This document shows positions 8,477-17,101 of a stretch of 20,550 bases of DNA, piece by piece; position 1 is the stretch's first letter; each line of letters opens with the position of its first letter. The DNA is taken from assembly GCA_030668875.1 (NCBI GenBank), contig DAOVER010000052.1, positions 1 to 20,550 of the forward strand. Reading direction: 5' to 3'. This DNA is from Candidatus Heimdallarchaeota archaeon (GTDB taxonomy: Archaea > Asgardarchaeota > Heimdallarchaeia > Heimdallarchaeales > Heimdallarchaeaceae). The notes beneath the pieces were generated by a model. The model did no database searches. It worked only from the letters and a program-made list of their open reading frames with translations, and was not told the origin of the DNA. Both the position numbers and the translations under genes were made by a program.

Positions 8477-8484
8477 TTTTAAAT
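8477..8484 (+). promoter_or_regulatory. Putative TATA box (TTTTAAAT) for the HTH-membrane regulator
   Basis: Lies 36 nt upstream of ATG 8513, which fits a short-leader archaeal transcript. Confidence 0.3.
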
Positions 8485-8512
8485 TCGAGTTTGTCAATTA
8501 TAGTATAGTTCT

Positions 8513-9355
8513 ATGAATTCAAAGAAACAAACGCCTGAAATTTGGAAAGCACTTTCAAACAAAATTCGAAGGGACTTACTTTGTTTTATAGGCGAAAAAA
8601 GGGTCGTTTCTTTTACCGAAATTCAAGAACGTTTTCAGATGAAAGTGGGAACACTTTATCATCACCTTGATACTCTTGGAGAGTTAATCACTCAAGATTC
8701 AACTAAGAAATATCTGCTAGCAGAAAAGGGAAGAAGATCATATGCTTTAATAGAAGATGAATTAGATGTTTCTGCGCCTAGTCTACCAACATATGGGAAG
8801 ATGTCGTTTCTACATTCAGTTTTCTTAAGACCAGTTTTTCATTTTATAGGAAATGATTCTATTAGATCATTAGGATTCTCTATACTGCTTCTAATTGGAT
8901 TAGGGGTTGCTACATACTTCCTTTCTTTTGCACCCATCTTTCTATTTCCCTCTTTTATTGTTCCAGATTATTTTGCTCCTGTCTTCTTCTTAGTATCAAC
9001 AATAGTTACTTATCTGTTAACAGAGCTATTTGTGTCAGTTATTTTCAGAAGAAAAACTGGTAAGCTAGCCCTATTTCAAAGCATCATATTCGCTCAAATG
9101 CCATTGGTTTTATTCTGTATTCTTGAAGCACTTGTTTTTGATTTTGAGTACCCTGTTTCACCTCTGCAAATGGACATCTGGGTGATAGTGTTACTAATGT
9201 TTGTACAATTAATATTTGTAGGACTTTTGACTGAATCGATTGTCGTTATCAAGGAATTAAGGGTTGAGAAGGCTGGATTAGCTACACTTTTTGTGGTTTT
9301 TATTCTGAACGGGCTAGCATTTTTGGTTATGAACCTTCTGGAGGTCACTTTATGA
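8513..9355 (+). CDS. ArsR-like winged-helix DNA-binding domain fused to a ~5-6 TM membrane domain
   Basis: The N-terminal ALSNKIRRDLLCFI...SFTEIQERFQMKVGTLYHHLDTL...YLLAEKG is a wHTH pattern. The C-terminal ~170 aa consist of successive hydrophobic helices. Confidence 0.8.
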   Translation: MNSKKQTPEIWKALSNKIRRDLLCFIGEKRVVSFTEIQERFQMKVGTLYHHLDTLGELITQDSTKKYLLAEKGRRSYALIEDELDVSAPSLPTYGKMSFLHSVFLRPVFHFIGNDSIRSLGFSILLLIGLGVATYFLSFAPIFLFPSFIVPDYFAPVFFLVSTIVTYLLTELFVSVIFRRKTGKLALFQSIIFAQMPLVLFCILEALVFDFEYPVSPLQMDIWVIVLLMFVQLIFVGLLTESIVVIKELRVEKAGLATLFVVFILNGLAFLVMNLLEVTL

Positions 9356-9456
9356 TGAAGTTCGAGAAAAATAGAACTGAATACTTTAAACTTTATAGAA
9401 ATAAAATCTTATCAAGAGTGAAAATCATAATAAATTATGAGGGGAATGCTTCATGA
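9352..9456 (+). CDS. Putative 34-aa basic small ORF bridging two genes (MMKFEKNRTEYFKLYRNKILSRVKIIINYEGNAS)
   Basis: Not in the ORF track. Its ATG at 9352 overlaps the upstream TGA (ATGA), GGAGGT lies at 9340-9345, and its TGA overlaps the ATG at 9453 (ATGA). Confidence 0.3.
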   Translation: MMKFEKNRTEYFKLYRNKILSRVKIIINYEGNAS

Positions 9457-12400
9457 GTATCAAAAAACTTCTCCGTCTTAGGAATAGAATAGCCCCAAAT
9501 TATCCTCAAACAATTTTGGTACTTATAATCTTCCTCTCTTCCATTCTTTTTTCTCCAAATAGCATGGTTTATTCCAATTTTGAAGGAAACCATAGTGGTT
9601 TTCTAATTCAACCAATGGTTGTAGAAGAAGTTGATTTTCACCAAGAAAAACTGGATCTCATTGCTGGGAAAGATAATTCAGTAATAGCATCATTAGAGTT
9701 AAATGGTGGGCAAATTGAAACACCATTTGATCTTACATCTACAGCTTTATCACCAGTTACTCAAATTGACTTTATAATTTCTAATCAATCTCAATTTTCA
9801 AATGTTTGGTCTAATCCATTATGGCGTGTCCCAGATGGTCTGGTTGTTCGAATAAAAACACGAACTACCTCATCTAGTCGTTTAGAAGAAATTTCAAACA
9901 ATATTATAAATCTAGTCGAACAGAATTATAATTTAAATTTAAGCTTATATTCAGTGCAATCTGTTTCTTATACAGAAACGCTGATTTCTTTGTTAGCTCC
10001 AATTACTCCAGAAATAGCTTTATCACTTTTCAGTGATATTTTCTCTCCATATGACACTCTACTCTATGGTAACACAGTAATTCTAATGGAAGAAGCTATC
10101 AATCAATCTCCAGATATCTATGCTTTTGGTTATTCTCTCCAGAAGAATCTATGGTCTGTAAACGGAATAGTTAGAGGAGCTATGGTTTCACTTGCGGATA
10201 AGATATCTTTGAACGATGGTATTTACACATTCAATCTAGAAAATACTTTTGGAGATACAATTACTCCCAACCCAGATGCATTTATATCAAAAACTTCTTT
10301 CAGGATACCCTTTATAGCTAATATTACTAGCATTGATCCTTTACCTGATAATACTGGAGCAACTGTTACAGGTTCATTTGAGTGGTTGTTGAAGTATTCT
10401 TTTATTACGCGCTATCCCGATTTTAATGCAGAAATCTCATATCATCCTTCCTCATTAGCTGATTTTACTTATCCTCAAGTTGTAGTAGCAAACTCATATT
10501 CAGATCAAGTTCTCGAGGATGAAGGAGTGCTCAATATGACTTACAGCGCAACAAATATTGGTACAGATGTTGCACTAAATACATCCATAAAAATGCCAAT
10601 TCCCGGTGAGTTAGCTTCATTCATCACCAATGGCGCAGAGATACCTATAATGAAAGATGATTTAACAATAAACGAAAGTTTCTCCTCCTATATTTACCTA
10701 TATGTTCATTATTCATCATATTCACATACAATCCCGATTCTTGATACTCAGGGTTGGTATCAAAATACAACAACTTCACAACTTGAAAGATGGCAAAATG
10801 ACACAGAAATTATTCTTGACAAATATGCTACTATATACTGCTCCTCTGGTGTGTCTTCTGATCTCTATTATGAGTTTGAGCAGGATATTAAACCATATAT
10901 AGAATCTATCGGTTCTTTAACAATTCTCAATAATATTGATCAATATGGACCTATTATACAGAACAAACTCACAACTGCGGTAGGCAATGCATATAATACT
11001 GTTTTTTCAGAATTTTATGAAAACAAGACTCTGTTCCAATTTGAATCAGCTGATTTTTCATTTATACCCAGTTTTTTTGGTGATTATCTTGAATCTGTTG
11101 TTCCAAGTTTGGATATTAATGAAACCGTTGATCTCTCTTGGCAAATTACCAACATTCCAACGTCTTCAGATAAGTTCGGGGCTTTCTCTGTTCGCACTGA
11201 ATATCTTGAGGGGTACGAGTATGCAATATTCCAAACAGTTGAAAGTGACTACAAAGATTTAATGCTAACGCTTTTTGTTTTAATTAATAGTGCTGGACGT
11301 TTTCTAAGTTCATTTGATGAGGTCACAAATTCTTTCATATCATTAGGTAGTCGATATAGTTATTCAGATGTTACAGGACGAGAATATTATGGCTTAACGA
11401 ATGGTTTGAATTTACAGTTTGGAGATGATGAAGCTGTTTTGGAAAGCTCACTTACCTTAGAAGAATCAATCTATAGAGTTGGTGAGCAAATTAATTTCAA
11501 CTTGAATATCACTAATTTTGGTTCATTAGATGCTTTTGACATACATGTGGACATTGTAAACTTGAAACTTGATTCATTCTGGCAACCAACTGGCATTGTG
11601 AAGGTAAAATCCTTTGACATTGATACGATACTAATTGGTGAAGAGTTATCACATGAATTCTCAATAATTGCAAACAGTTATATCGGTCTCAACTCCTATA
11701 TAGCGCTTATTAGTTTTACTTCAGACAAAGACCAGAGTGCAGTAGAAATAGTTAACCCATGGACTGGCAATATCATACACTGGATTTATGGAGGCGAGGC
11801 TAGAAATCTTGTTAGTTCAACCTTAACATTCGGGATTTTATTGCCTCCACCGTTACTTGAGAATCAAGCAAAACAAGCCTTTCCGCTACCTGAAATCTCT
11901 ATTGAATCAGCTTTTGAAGTCAACGAAGAGGATAGCTCATTATATTTACACTATGAAATTGAAAATAAAGGAATGTCTCCAGCGAATATTTCACTTTTCC
12001 AATTTATTGATCAATCTTTACTAGATTCATTTGAAGCTAATGTGATTTATATCCACAATGAAGTCGAGACCGAACTCACAATTGAAACTTCAGTAGAGTT
12101 TGGGACTGTAAAGGTTACTTATGCTACTCTGACTCTTTACCCAGGAGATAAAATTATAATTACTATTACAGGCACAGATTTACCAGATAATTTCACTGTA
12201 CCTCCATTAATTGTGAATTATTTCTCACTTTACGAAATACTTACAACAGATTTTCAATCTATAGAATCTCAAGAGAATCCATCAACAACACTAGAGAATC
12301 CGCTAGCTTTGAAACTATCTCCATCAATAATAAGTGAAGATTCTCAAAACTACTTTATATGGTCAACTTTCTCAAATATCTTTACAATAAACATACCTAT

Positions 12401-12524
12401 CTCGAATATCTATGAGAAAATTACTTACTCCTCATTACCTCTATTCTATCCTATAGTTAGTGTAGCAGCAATCACCGTCACTCTGTCCATTGCTATGATC
12501 ATCTCAAAAATAAGAAATAAATAG
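9453..12524 (+). CDS. Large cell-surface (glyco)protein, 1023 aa, with N-terminal signal/TM, Ig-like/CARDB-type beta domains and a C-terminal TM anchor
   Basis: Basic N-terminus followed by a hydrophobic segment (ILVLIIFLSSILF). Repeated Ig-like strand motifs (LNMTYSATNIG, INFNLNITNFG, LHYEIENKG). About 15 N-x-S/T sequons. C-terminal hydrophobic helix followed by a KIRNK stop-transfer tail. Confidence 0.8.
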   Translation: MSIKKLLRLRNRIAPNYPQTILVLIIFLSSILFSPNSMVYSNFEGNHSGFLIQPMVVEEVDFHQEKLDLIAGKDNSVIASLELNGGQIETPFDLTSTALSPVTQIDFIISNQSQFSNVWSNPLWRVPDGLVVRIKTRTTSSSRLEEISNNIINLVEQNYNLNLSLYSVQSVSYTETLISLLAPITPEIALSLFSDIFSPYDTLLYGNTVILMEEAINQSPDIYAFGYSLQKNLWSVNGIVRGAMVSLADKISLNDGIYTFNLENTFGDTITPNPDAFISKTSFRIPFIANITSIDPLPDNTGATVTGSFEWLLKYSFITRYPDFNAEISYHPSSLADFTYPQVVVANSYSDQVLEDEGVLNMTYSATNIGTDVALNTSIKMPIPGELASFITNGAEIPIMKDDLTINESFSSYIYLYVHYSSYSHTIPILDTQGWYQNTTTSQLERWQNDTEIILDKYATIYCSSGVSSDLYYEFEQDIKPYIESIGSLTILNNIDQYGPIIQNKLTTAVGNAYNTVFSEFYENKTLFQFESADFSFIPSFFGDYLESVVPSLDINETVDLSWQITNIPTSSDKFGAFSVRTEYLEGYEYAIFQTVESDYKDLMLTLFVLINSAGRFLSSFDEVTNSFISLGSRYSYSDVTGREYYGLTNGLNLQFGDDEAVLESSLTLEESIYRVGEQINFNLNITNFGSLDAFDIHVDIVNLKLDSFWQPTGIVKVKSFDIDTILIGEELSHEFSIIANSYIGLNSYIALISFTSDKDQSAVEIVNPWTGNIIHWIYGGEARNLVSSTLTFGILLPPPLLENQAKQAFPLPEISIESAFEVNEEDSSLYLHYEIENKGMSPANISLFQFIDQSLLDSFEANVIYIHNEVETELTIETSVEFGTVKVTYATLTLYPGDKIIITITGTDLPDNFTVPPLIVNYFSLYEILTTDFQSIESQENPSTTLENPLALKLSPSIISEDSQNYFIWSTFSNIFTINIPISNIYEKITYSSLPLFYPIVSVAAITVTLSIAMIISKIRNK

Positions 12525-12544
12525 AACAGAAGGATCAGTTATAT

Positions 12545-12802
12545 TTACCTCATGTCAAAGTCTTCAGATGTGAAATTCTTGAGAAAAGCCATAATCTCTT
12601 CTTGCATAACAGCACTTTGTTTCATACTCATCATCTGAGCGTAAAACATCGAGAATAAATCTCCTTGAAGACAGAGAGAGCATAAATCTGTTGTAAGTTC
12701 TTCGTTTGGAAATCTGCAAGGGAAATTGACTTTGTGTACTGAACCATCAGGTGCTTTACCTGAAACACTTTGTTTCCATTTACATGCACGGGGTGTAGAC
12801 AT
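12545..12802 (-). CDS. Small hypothetical protein (85 aa) with 4 Cys and a Met-rich C-terminal helix
   Basis: ATG at 12802 is preceded by aaggtgga (SD-like). It fills an otherwise empty gap, convergent with the surface protein and divergent from the helicase. Cys at 7, 29, 41 and 44. Confidence 0.6.
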   Translation of the reverse strand: MSTPRACKWKQSVSGKAPDGSVHKVNFPCRFPNEELTTDLCSLCLQGDLFSMFYAQMMSMKQSAVMQEEIMAFLKNFTSEDFDMR

Positions 12803-12939
12803 TCTTTCCACCTTAGTTAGTTTCGAGTAAAGCTAAAACTGTTTTAAATCTATCCTTTTTGAATGTAAATTCAGTGGTTGATTTATGCTTACACTGCAAC
12901 TTTATTAATGATTAACAGATTAGATGCATAGAAAGTAAA

Positions 12940-15486
12940 ATGAAATGTCCTGATTGTGATAAACCCTTGACGGTCGAGCGAAAGACTTCCTTAGTAAGCT
13001 TTCACTGTGGCTTTTGTGGGTTCGCTGAAAAAATCCAATCAGTGGAAATAAATGATGCTTATAGTAAACTGCTCAAGAAAGAATCAACAAGAAAGGAGAT
13101 GCTAACTCCTTCTAGAAGTAACGGTGAAGCACTGGAATTTTCTTTCAAACGGAAAACTGATGCAGAAAAAGAGAAAATGATTGAAAAAGCTGGTTACGAT
13201 CCAAAAAACCTTCCTTTAGCTGTAAAGAAAATAATCAACAATCCAGATATTGAACTCATTTATTATGCTTTCTTGAAACAGAGGAAGCCACCATTGGGCA
13301 AAATTGCTATTAATTTACCATCTGATTTCCAGACTTACTTGAAAGAACTTGGAATAAAACAGTTGTACTCTTTCCAAACTGAATCTTTTGAAGCTATTGA
13401 CAAAGGTGAGAACATTGTAATCGTTGCGCCTACTGGGACAGGAAAAACAGAAGCGTTTGTTTTACCCGTTTTAGCAAAAATTCTAGAAGAGTCTCCTCAT
13501 CCTCTTATGAGAAGAGGTCTATTTGCGATTATAATCTATCCTACCAAAGCTTTGGCAAAAGACCAACAAAGAAAAATAATGAGATATGGTAAAAAGTTGG
13601 GTATAACATGTGAAGTTTATGATGGAGATACTCCACAGACAACTAGAACAAAAATTATGGAGAATCCACCAAACATTCTGATAACTAACCCTGACATGCT
13701 TCATATTCACATGAAAAATCATAATTTCAAAGCTATTATTCGTTCCGTTAAATTCGTTATTATTGATGAAATTCATGTAGCTGTTGGTGCATTTGGTTCT
13801 AATCTATATTTCATTCTGAAGAGACTACAAAGGATTGCTAAAAATAGCATACAATTTATAGGTTCTTCTGCTACTATTGGAAACGCAAAGGAATTCGCAT
13901 GTAATTTATTTGATACAGATGTCAAGGAAATTGCTGTAGGAGAAGCAAGAAAGGCTCCAACACATCTACTAATTACATTACCGTGGGGAGTAAGTCAATA
14001 TACTATTACCTCAGAAATTGCTCGTCAATTGGTGTCTTCAGGTCATAAAACACTTTGTTTCCAGAATAGTCATAAAAATGCTGAGATTGTGAATCTGCTT
14101 TTACAAGCCGCAAGAATTAAGTCGTCTGTTCACCGTGCTGGTCTAACTAAAGAATTTCGAAATAAAGTAGAAACCCGTTTCAAGAAAGGAGATCTTCAAG
14201 CCTTAGTTTCGACACCTACACTAGAGCTAGGCATCGACATTGGGGATGTAGATGGTGTTGTATCTTCAATTGTCGATATAACTAGTTTCATCCAACGAAT
14301 TGGTAGAGCTGGTAGGAAGGGACAAGAATCAGTCGGTGCTCTCATACTTAGGAATGATGATCCAATCAGCACATTTTACAGTTTATACCCAGAGACATAT
14401 TTCGATGATGTAAGAAAAGGTTATGTCGAACCAAGAAACAAAATTGTTTCCTATTATCAGCTCTTAGCTTCTATACTTGAGAAACCCTTGCAAGAAAAAG
14501 AGTTTCCTGAACACATTTCCATGCTGAAAATGCTTGAAGAAAGCAACTTGATTCGAAAAACCTCGGAAGATCTTTATAGACCAGTAAATAGGAAAGAAAT
14601 TCTTAGTATATTACGATCATATTCTATTCGAGGAATTGGAGACACCGTTTTGATAAAGGGTGATAATGGAATTCGAATGGGTGAAAGGTCGATGCCTATG
14701 GCTGCAAGAGAACTGTTCCCTGGGGCAATTTATTTGCTTGGAGGAAAGCACTATCGTTCTACATCTTTCAAATATGATGCAAGATTTGGTGGTGGAGAAA
14801 TAGCGTTAGAAAAAATCGAAGCACTTAATCTCAAAACTTCAGCTATGCGATATGCTGTCCCTTCTATAATAAAAATAAATGAGAAAAAACAAGTACTGGG
14901 TGCTGATGTAGCCTATTGTGATTTAAAAATAACTGAAAATGTGATAGGATACAAAATAAGTGAAATTTATTCCAGCAAACTGAAGGAGATTAAAGAGTTG
15001 GAGGAACCTATTGTTTATTCATTTCAAACAAAAGGATTTGTTTTCACAGCACCAAAACCTACAATGGTTTTATCTGAATATCCTAATCTATCAGAAGAAA
15101 TCCTAATGAGCGGAGCTTTCCATGCTCTTGAACATGTTTTGATTGAATCAAGTTCTATGCTAACAGGGGGAGGTAGTGCAGAAATAGGTGGGATTTCTAT
15201 GGGTAGCTCGGGAGCTATTTTTGTTTACGATGCTGCAAAAGGTGGGAGTGGATTAGTCAAATTGCTTTATGATAGATTAGAAGATGGTTTTGAAAGATCT
15301 CTGAAAATTCTTGAAGGATGTACCTGCAAAACAATAGATGGATGTCCTCGCTGTACTTACTCTTATCAGTGTGGAAATAATAATCAACCTTTGAATAAGA
15401 AAGGTGCAATAGAAGCTATAAAATTGTTAAAAACGATGAAAGTAGAATTAATAGAAAATTATAATGAATATCAAGCATATGTTTAG
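12940..15486 (+). CDS. DEAH-box SF2 helicase of the Hrq1/MrfA(YprA)/archaeal Sfth family, with a C-terminal DUF1998 Cys cluster and an N-terminal Zn ribbon
   Basis: Q motif LYSFQ, Walker A APTGTGKT, Ia YPTKALAKDQ, Ib TNPDML, II DEIH, III SSAT, V TLELGIDIG, VI QRIGRAGR, FHALEH, and C-terminal CTC...GCPRC...QCGNNN. N-terminal CPDC-x17-CGFC. Confidence 0.9.
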   Translation: MKCPDCDKPLTVERKTSLVSFHCGFCGFAEKIQSVEINDAYSKLLKKESTRKEMLTPSRSNGEALEFSFKRKTDAEKEKMIEKAGYDPKNLPLAVKKIINNPDIELIYYAFLKQRKPPLGKIAINLPSDFQTYLKELGIKQLYSFQTESFEAIDKGENIVIVAPTGTGKTEAFVLPVLAKILEESPHPLMRRGLFAIIIYPTKALAKDQQRKIMRYGKKLGITCEVYDGDTPQTTRTKIMENPPNILITNPDMLHIHMKNHNFKAIIRSVKFVIIDEIHVAVGAFGSNLYFILKRLQRIAKNSIQFIGSSATIGNAKEFACNLFDTDVKEIAVGEARKAPTHLLITLPWGVSQYTITSEIARQLVSSGHKTLCFQNSHKNAEIVNLLLQAARIKSSVHRAGLTKEFRNKVETRFKKGDLQALVSTPTLELGIDIGDVDGVVSSIVDITSFIQRIGRAGRKGQESVGALILRNDDPISTFYSLYPETYFDDVRKGYVEPRNKIVSYYQLLASILEKPLQEKEFPEHISMLKMLEESNLIRKTSEDLYRPVNRKEILSILRSYSIRGIGDTVLIKGDNGIRMGERSMPMAARELFPGAIYLLGGKHYRSTSFKYDARFGGGEIALEKIEALNLKTSAMRYAVPSIIKINEKKQVLGADVAYCDLKITENVIGYKISEIYSSKLKEIKELEEPIVYSFQTKGFVFTAPKPTMVLSEYPNLSEEILMSGAFHALEHVLIESSSMLTGGGSAEIGGISMGSSGAIFVYDAAKGGSGLVKLLYDRLEDGFERSLKILEGCTCKTIDGCPRCTYSYQCGNNNQPLNKKGAIEAIKLLKTMKVELIENYNEYQAYV

Positions 15487-15573
15487 TGAAATCTCTTTGA
15501 AATTCATCTCCATTTCATCTAAGTGTAATACCCGGTATAAGTCTACAATCATATCTCAGTCTCATGTGGTCTT

Positions 15574-16017
15574 ATGATTAAAGGATGGAAACTTTCTTTG
15601 ATGATAGCTAGTGAACATGACGACGTAGACGAATTCATTGATATTGCATTGAATAGTATATTCCCGTCAACAGAAGGGATTGAGCCCCAGATATTAAAAG
15701 AGATAACAAATTTCTTAGAAGACAATGAAACAAGGGTTCCTCTTGAAGACGCTGAAATTGTAAGAGGAGAAATCAGAAAAGCTCTCATCCATTTTAAAAA
15801 CCGTCCGCATCTTTTCAATATGAGGAGGAAGATGGAAAGGTTATTACGTGGAGATGACAATTGGAAAAGATTCATGATTGCCCCCACCAGTCTCTTAGAA
15901 GATTTACGAAAAGCAGGACTGAATAATGAAGAAATTGATTTACTGACAAATTCATTTAAATCAGCTGAAAAATCATATTCTCTCTTCAAAAAAATTCCTT
16001 CCCCAAAATCTAACTAA
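15574..16017 (+). CDS. Hypothetical protein (charged, predicted alpha-helical)
   Basis: 147-aa ATG ORF (alternative ATG at 15601) co-oriented with its neighbours, with natural E/K/L/I composition. The overlapping minus-strand ORF is Ser-rich and shadow-like. Confidence 0.65.
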   Translation: MIKGWKLSLMIASEHDDVDEFIDIALNSIFPSTEGIEPQILKEITNFLEDNETRVPLEDAEIVRGEIRKALIHFKNRPHLFNMRRKMERLLRGDDNWKRFMIAPTSLLEDLRKAGLNNEEIDLLTNSFKSAEKSYSLFKKIPSPKSN

Positions 16018-16105
16018 GAATACAAACAGATTTTAATATTATATTTTCTTTCTTGTGAATGAAGTATTGTGCTCTAAATGACTTCCAAAAGGATTGATTA
16101 TTTAT

Positions 16106-17011
16106 ATGCAGAAAGAAGAGTTACTTGAAATTCTAGATGAGCATCTATTTGGCAATTCGTATTTGAACGAGGAAAAACTAGCTAACAAAATATCTTTGTC
16201 GTCTAGCCAAGTTAAGGATTATTTTCTCCAACAAAATGACCGAACAGGCTTTCTAAAGGAAGGAAAACAGATATTTTTTGCCCATGAACTGATTCGATCG
16301 TGTCTTGATAAGATTCATGATACATTTTGGAAGTGGTACTTATATACAGTTCCTAGCCATAGTGAGCTTTCCTGGGAGGAAGGAGCGGGAATGGTAGACG
16401 TTTCAAGAATACGAGTCATTCCTCAGAAGAAACCAAAGGGGGGAATAGTACAATCATTTTCTGCAAGGATAATTCTATTAGGTGAAGAAAGAGTTGGAAA
16501 ACAATCGTTTGTTTACGCTTTGTCAGGAGAAACACCAAACCAACCTGCTCCCGGTGTGTTTTTTGGGAAGATTGTTCGCGCTTCAGATGCTTTCAATATA
16601 GATTTTGAGAGTGTTATTCTAGACATCCCTCCAGAATCACCTCATTGGTTGTATGCTAAAGCTAGTTTTGGGGTGATATTAGTGTATGATGCCAGTAACT
16701 CATCTACTCATGATAAAATAAAGAGATGGTTGGAAACATTTCTTGGTAATTATTCTTATGACCTATGCCCCCCTATAATGATTCTTGGCAATAAAATTGA
16801 TTTAATCAGTGAGATTGAATTAAATGAATTGAAAAAGAAAGTAGAATCAGATAGGCTTGAAATGGAAAAAGAATACGGGACAATAGTTCTAGCAGAATTC
16901 ATATCTTGTACAAACGGAAGCAACGTTCTAAGTGCATTTGAAAACTTTGCATTTACTGTTAGACAATGGTATCAAATAATAAAAGAAGAATATTCTGATG
17001 AAATTAAGTAA
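16106..17011 (+). CDS. N-terminal helical (HTH-like) domain fused to a degenerate Ras/Rab/Roc-like small GTPase domain
   Basis: C-terminal ~185 aa: IILLGEERVGKQS (G1), VILVYD, IMILGNKIDL (G4) and FISCTNG (G5-like); G3 reads DIPPE. ATG 16106 is preferred over TTG 16094. Confidence 0.8.
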   Translation: MQKEELLEILDEHLFGNSYLNEEKLANKISLSSSQVKDYFLQQNDRTGFLKEGKQIFFAHELIRSCLDKIHDTFWKWYLYTVPSHSELSWEEGAGMVDVSRIRVIPQKKPKGGIVQSFSARIILLGEERVGKQSFVYALSGETPNQPAPGVFFGKIVRASDAFNIDFESVILDIPPESPHWLYAKASFGVILVYDASNSSTHDKIKRWLETFLGNYSYDLCPPIMILGNKIDLISEIELNELKKKVESDRLEMEKEYGTIVLAEFISCTNGSNVLSAFENFAFTVRQWYQIIKEEYSDEIK

Positions 17012-17101
17012 ATGATATATTTTCTAATTTAGTTGCCAAAACTTATTAATTTTATAGCAAAACGATTATTTACTAGAGATAAAATTCTGCTGTGAGGAAT
17101 A

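Noticed and set aside
6149-13776. Alternative ORFs 6149..6403(-), 7807..8241(-), 9094..9348(-), 10702..10902(+), 10987..11262(+), 13519..13776(-)
   Set aside because: They overlap longer motif-bearing genes on the opposite strand or in another frame and have no independent support.
15528-15538. Short inverted repeat ATACC-C-GGTAT in the helicase/hypothetical intergenic region
   Set aside because: Only 5-bp arms and a single occurrence, so it cannot be told from chance.
15549-15989. 146-aa minus-strand ORF competing with 15574..16017(+)
   Set aside because: Ser-rich antisense composition. The plus-strand ORF has natural composition and matches the orientation of its neighbours.
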